Shown here: piece by piece, positions 37,703 to 39,470 of the stretch
How positions within the stretch are numbered: position 1 is the first letter of the stretch
How the letters are laid out: every line of letters starts with the position of its first letter
Source of the DNA: Bigelowiella natans CCMP2755
Lineage: Eukaryota; Protista; Cercozoa
Length of the DNA: 39,470 bases
Assembly: GCA_000320545.1 (NCBI GenBank)
Contig: ADNK01002752.1
Coordinates: 1 to 39,470, forward strand
Reading direction: 5' to 3'
Made by a program: the position numbers and the translations under genes
Notes under the pieces: model-generated
Told to the model about the DNA's origin: nothing
What the model saw: only the letters and a program-made list of their open reading frames with translations
The model's database searches: none

Positions 37703-38820
37703 GGTCTCATCGTTCCCTTATTACTCGGTCGAGTTCTTTCCAAATATCTCCCGCAGTCGCGGCAAGCCTTTTTATACACGGCAAAAGGCATCTTCTATAG
37801 GTAGACGAACGCCGATTTTCTAACTTCAAGTAGCTTCACCCAAAATTCTACCCCCCCCCCCCCTCGTCCATGTTCCGTGTTTGCACCTGGGTTCTTGGCC
37901 GTGAATATGGCTTCGTCCACTGGCTCTCCATAGAACTCCGACATCATGGTTCTCTATAAGCAAACACAAGCGACGGTAACATCGGCAGTGCGTCCGTGTG
38001 TGCGTGGTAGGAGATGCGTATAAGGCTACGAAAACACGGACCGCTACCGATGAAGGGGCAGGGGGGGGGAAAACGAAGGCTTTTTTGGTTTGTCGCACCT
38101 TTTCTCGGATGTTCGCGTAGAAGTAGGCCTCATCGATCACCTAGCCGCAAAGCACGCGCGCGAGCGATGGAAGACGGGGCATAGTGCCGCGTGCACATGC
38201 AGCAAGGGAAAATACGGGGGAAGAAGAAAAATGCAATAAATATTAGAAACGGATAGAAAGTAACACCTACACACGAACACGCGCGCGTATACAAACCCGC
38301 ACACACAAACACACACAAAGAGGGGGAGAGGGAGGAGGGGGGGGACGGGGGACGGCACACACCCTCGATCCATAGACATGCCTGAGCAAAGACGGGGTTC
38401 TCCCAAGAAGCTGCCGCATCATTTTCCGCACCCCGCCTTTATCTCTACAATACTTGAACATCTTGGGTACGATTTGATGGCTGTACCGCCCCCTCGCCAT
38501 CACCCTAATCTGATTGCCGGAATTCAAACAAAGAAGCGATGCAGGGGTAGGAGCGTTCATATCGAAGCGAATCATAGAGTTGCGTGGAGACTCTCCCTAT
38601 AATGGCTAACAATGCATCGATGGTTTCTCCTCTGTGATACGTGAAATCTAGAAAGATAGTCGTAGAGAGACGGAAAGGAAGGGGGAGGGGGGAGGGGGTA
38701 AGGCGATTACCCTTTTTATGAGCTCCTTCGCTATAGCATTCCACACCTCCTGATCTCCGTGCTGATGGAGGGCAAGAAAGAGAGATAGAGAGATAGAGAT
38801 AGAGAGATAGAGAGATAGAG

Positions 38821-38864
<44 letters not shown>

Positions 38865-39029
38865 AACGTTATTTTTAACGTACTGCTCAGATTTCACTAA
38901 CGAGATTGGTTGTCTCTTTCACATGCAGAATGCGAATATGCACGGGCAAAAAAGAAAAACCTTCAAGCAACTTTGGATGATGGCAGAGCCGGTCCTTGTT
39001 GAGGACAGCGTGAGCATCTTGCCTGTGAG
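33365..39029 (-). CDS. Pumilio-repeat nucleolar protein of the PUM3/Puf-A/Puf6 family; 5' exons unresolved or outside window
   Basis: Exons LTGKMLTLSSTRTGSAIIQSCLK (39029-38961) / HGDQEVWNAIAKEL / MARGRYSHQIVPKMFKYC / RTMMSEFYG / ILSDYYGSRNLRRI / ...YGRRVLEALMSVRGKHT* follow the Puf6-type repeat pattern. Confidence 0.7.
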
Positions 39030-39470
39030 CTGGGAAAAAAGATAATTTTACAAATACACATTACATATCAATACAACTACACTTTTCCGTTATTTTGTAT
39101 GTTTAATACTATCACAAATTGAGGAGCTTGGCCCATGCCTCCCCCCCCCCCCCCACCCCTCCCGGTTGGGGATAGGGGCCCGACTTCGGACTAAATCTTG
39201 ACGGAAAAAAAAAAAAATTCCTTGAAAAATTTTCCTGGGTTTGGAGCGGGGGAAAGAATGAAACAATATGTAAAAAGGTGGGCACGAGGGGAGTTAAACA
39301 AGGGAAGAAAGAAGGGGTATTGTCACCGTATATAACGCACGACAGCGCTGAGGAAATACCCTATTTCCCCTTTCAGATGCTTCCCAACCGCTCTCAATCC
39401 TTTGCACCCCAAGAGGGGGGTCGGGGGGGGATAGGGTTTGTTTAATTATTCTGGGGGGGGAAAATAGGGG

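Noticed and set aside
39120-39470. G/C/A homopolymer-rich end, possible G-quadruplex or extra exons
   Set aside because: Looks like low-quality contig-end sequence; exons could not be phased reliably

Overview
Eukaryotic nuclear DNA from an intron-rich protist. The gene content and microsatellite-saturated GT-AG introns are compatible with a rhizarian/chlorarachniophyte-like genome, but the taxon is a guess. Nearly all ORF-track entries are microsatellite artefacts; real genes appear only after manual splicing. Left to right: 5'-truncated (TM)-RGS gene (+); a ~4.5 kb probable insertion bounded by a 12-bp direct repeat, carrying a long A-A'-A fold-back and a spliced AntA/MSV199-like plus zinc-finger ORF split by one in-frame TAG; WWE-C2-RhoGAP-PH gene (-); intronless Wee1/Myt1-like kinase (+); tandem saposin-like secreted protein (-); SIRT6/7-like sirtuin lacking the zinc module (+); divergent CSN5 (-); MAPEG/MGST1-like gene (-); TEN1 (+); 5'-truncated PUM3/Puf6-like gene (-). 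The most striking unexplained pattern is that all five intergenic intervals downstream of a gene 3' end are CTAG/CATG/TGCA-rich, two with TpA visibly depleted outside C-TA/TA-G contexts, while the divergent promoters and introns are not. All exon structures and counts were derived by eye.
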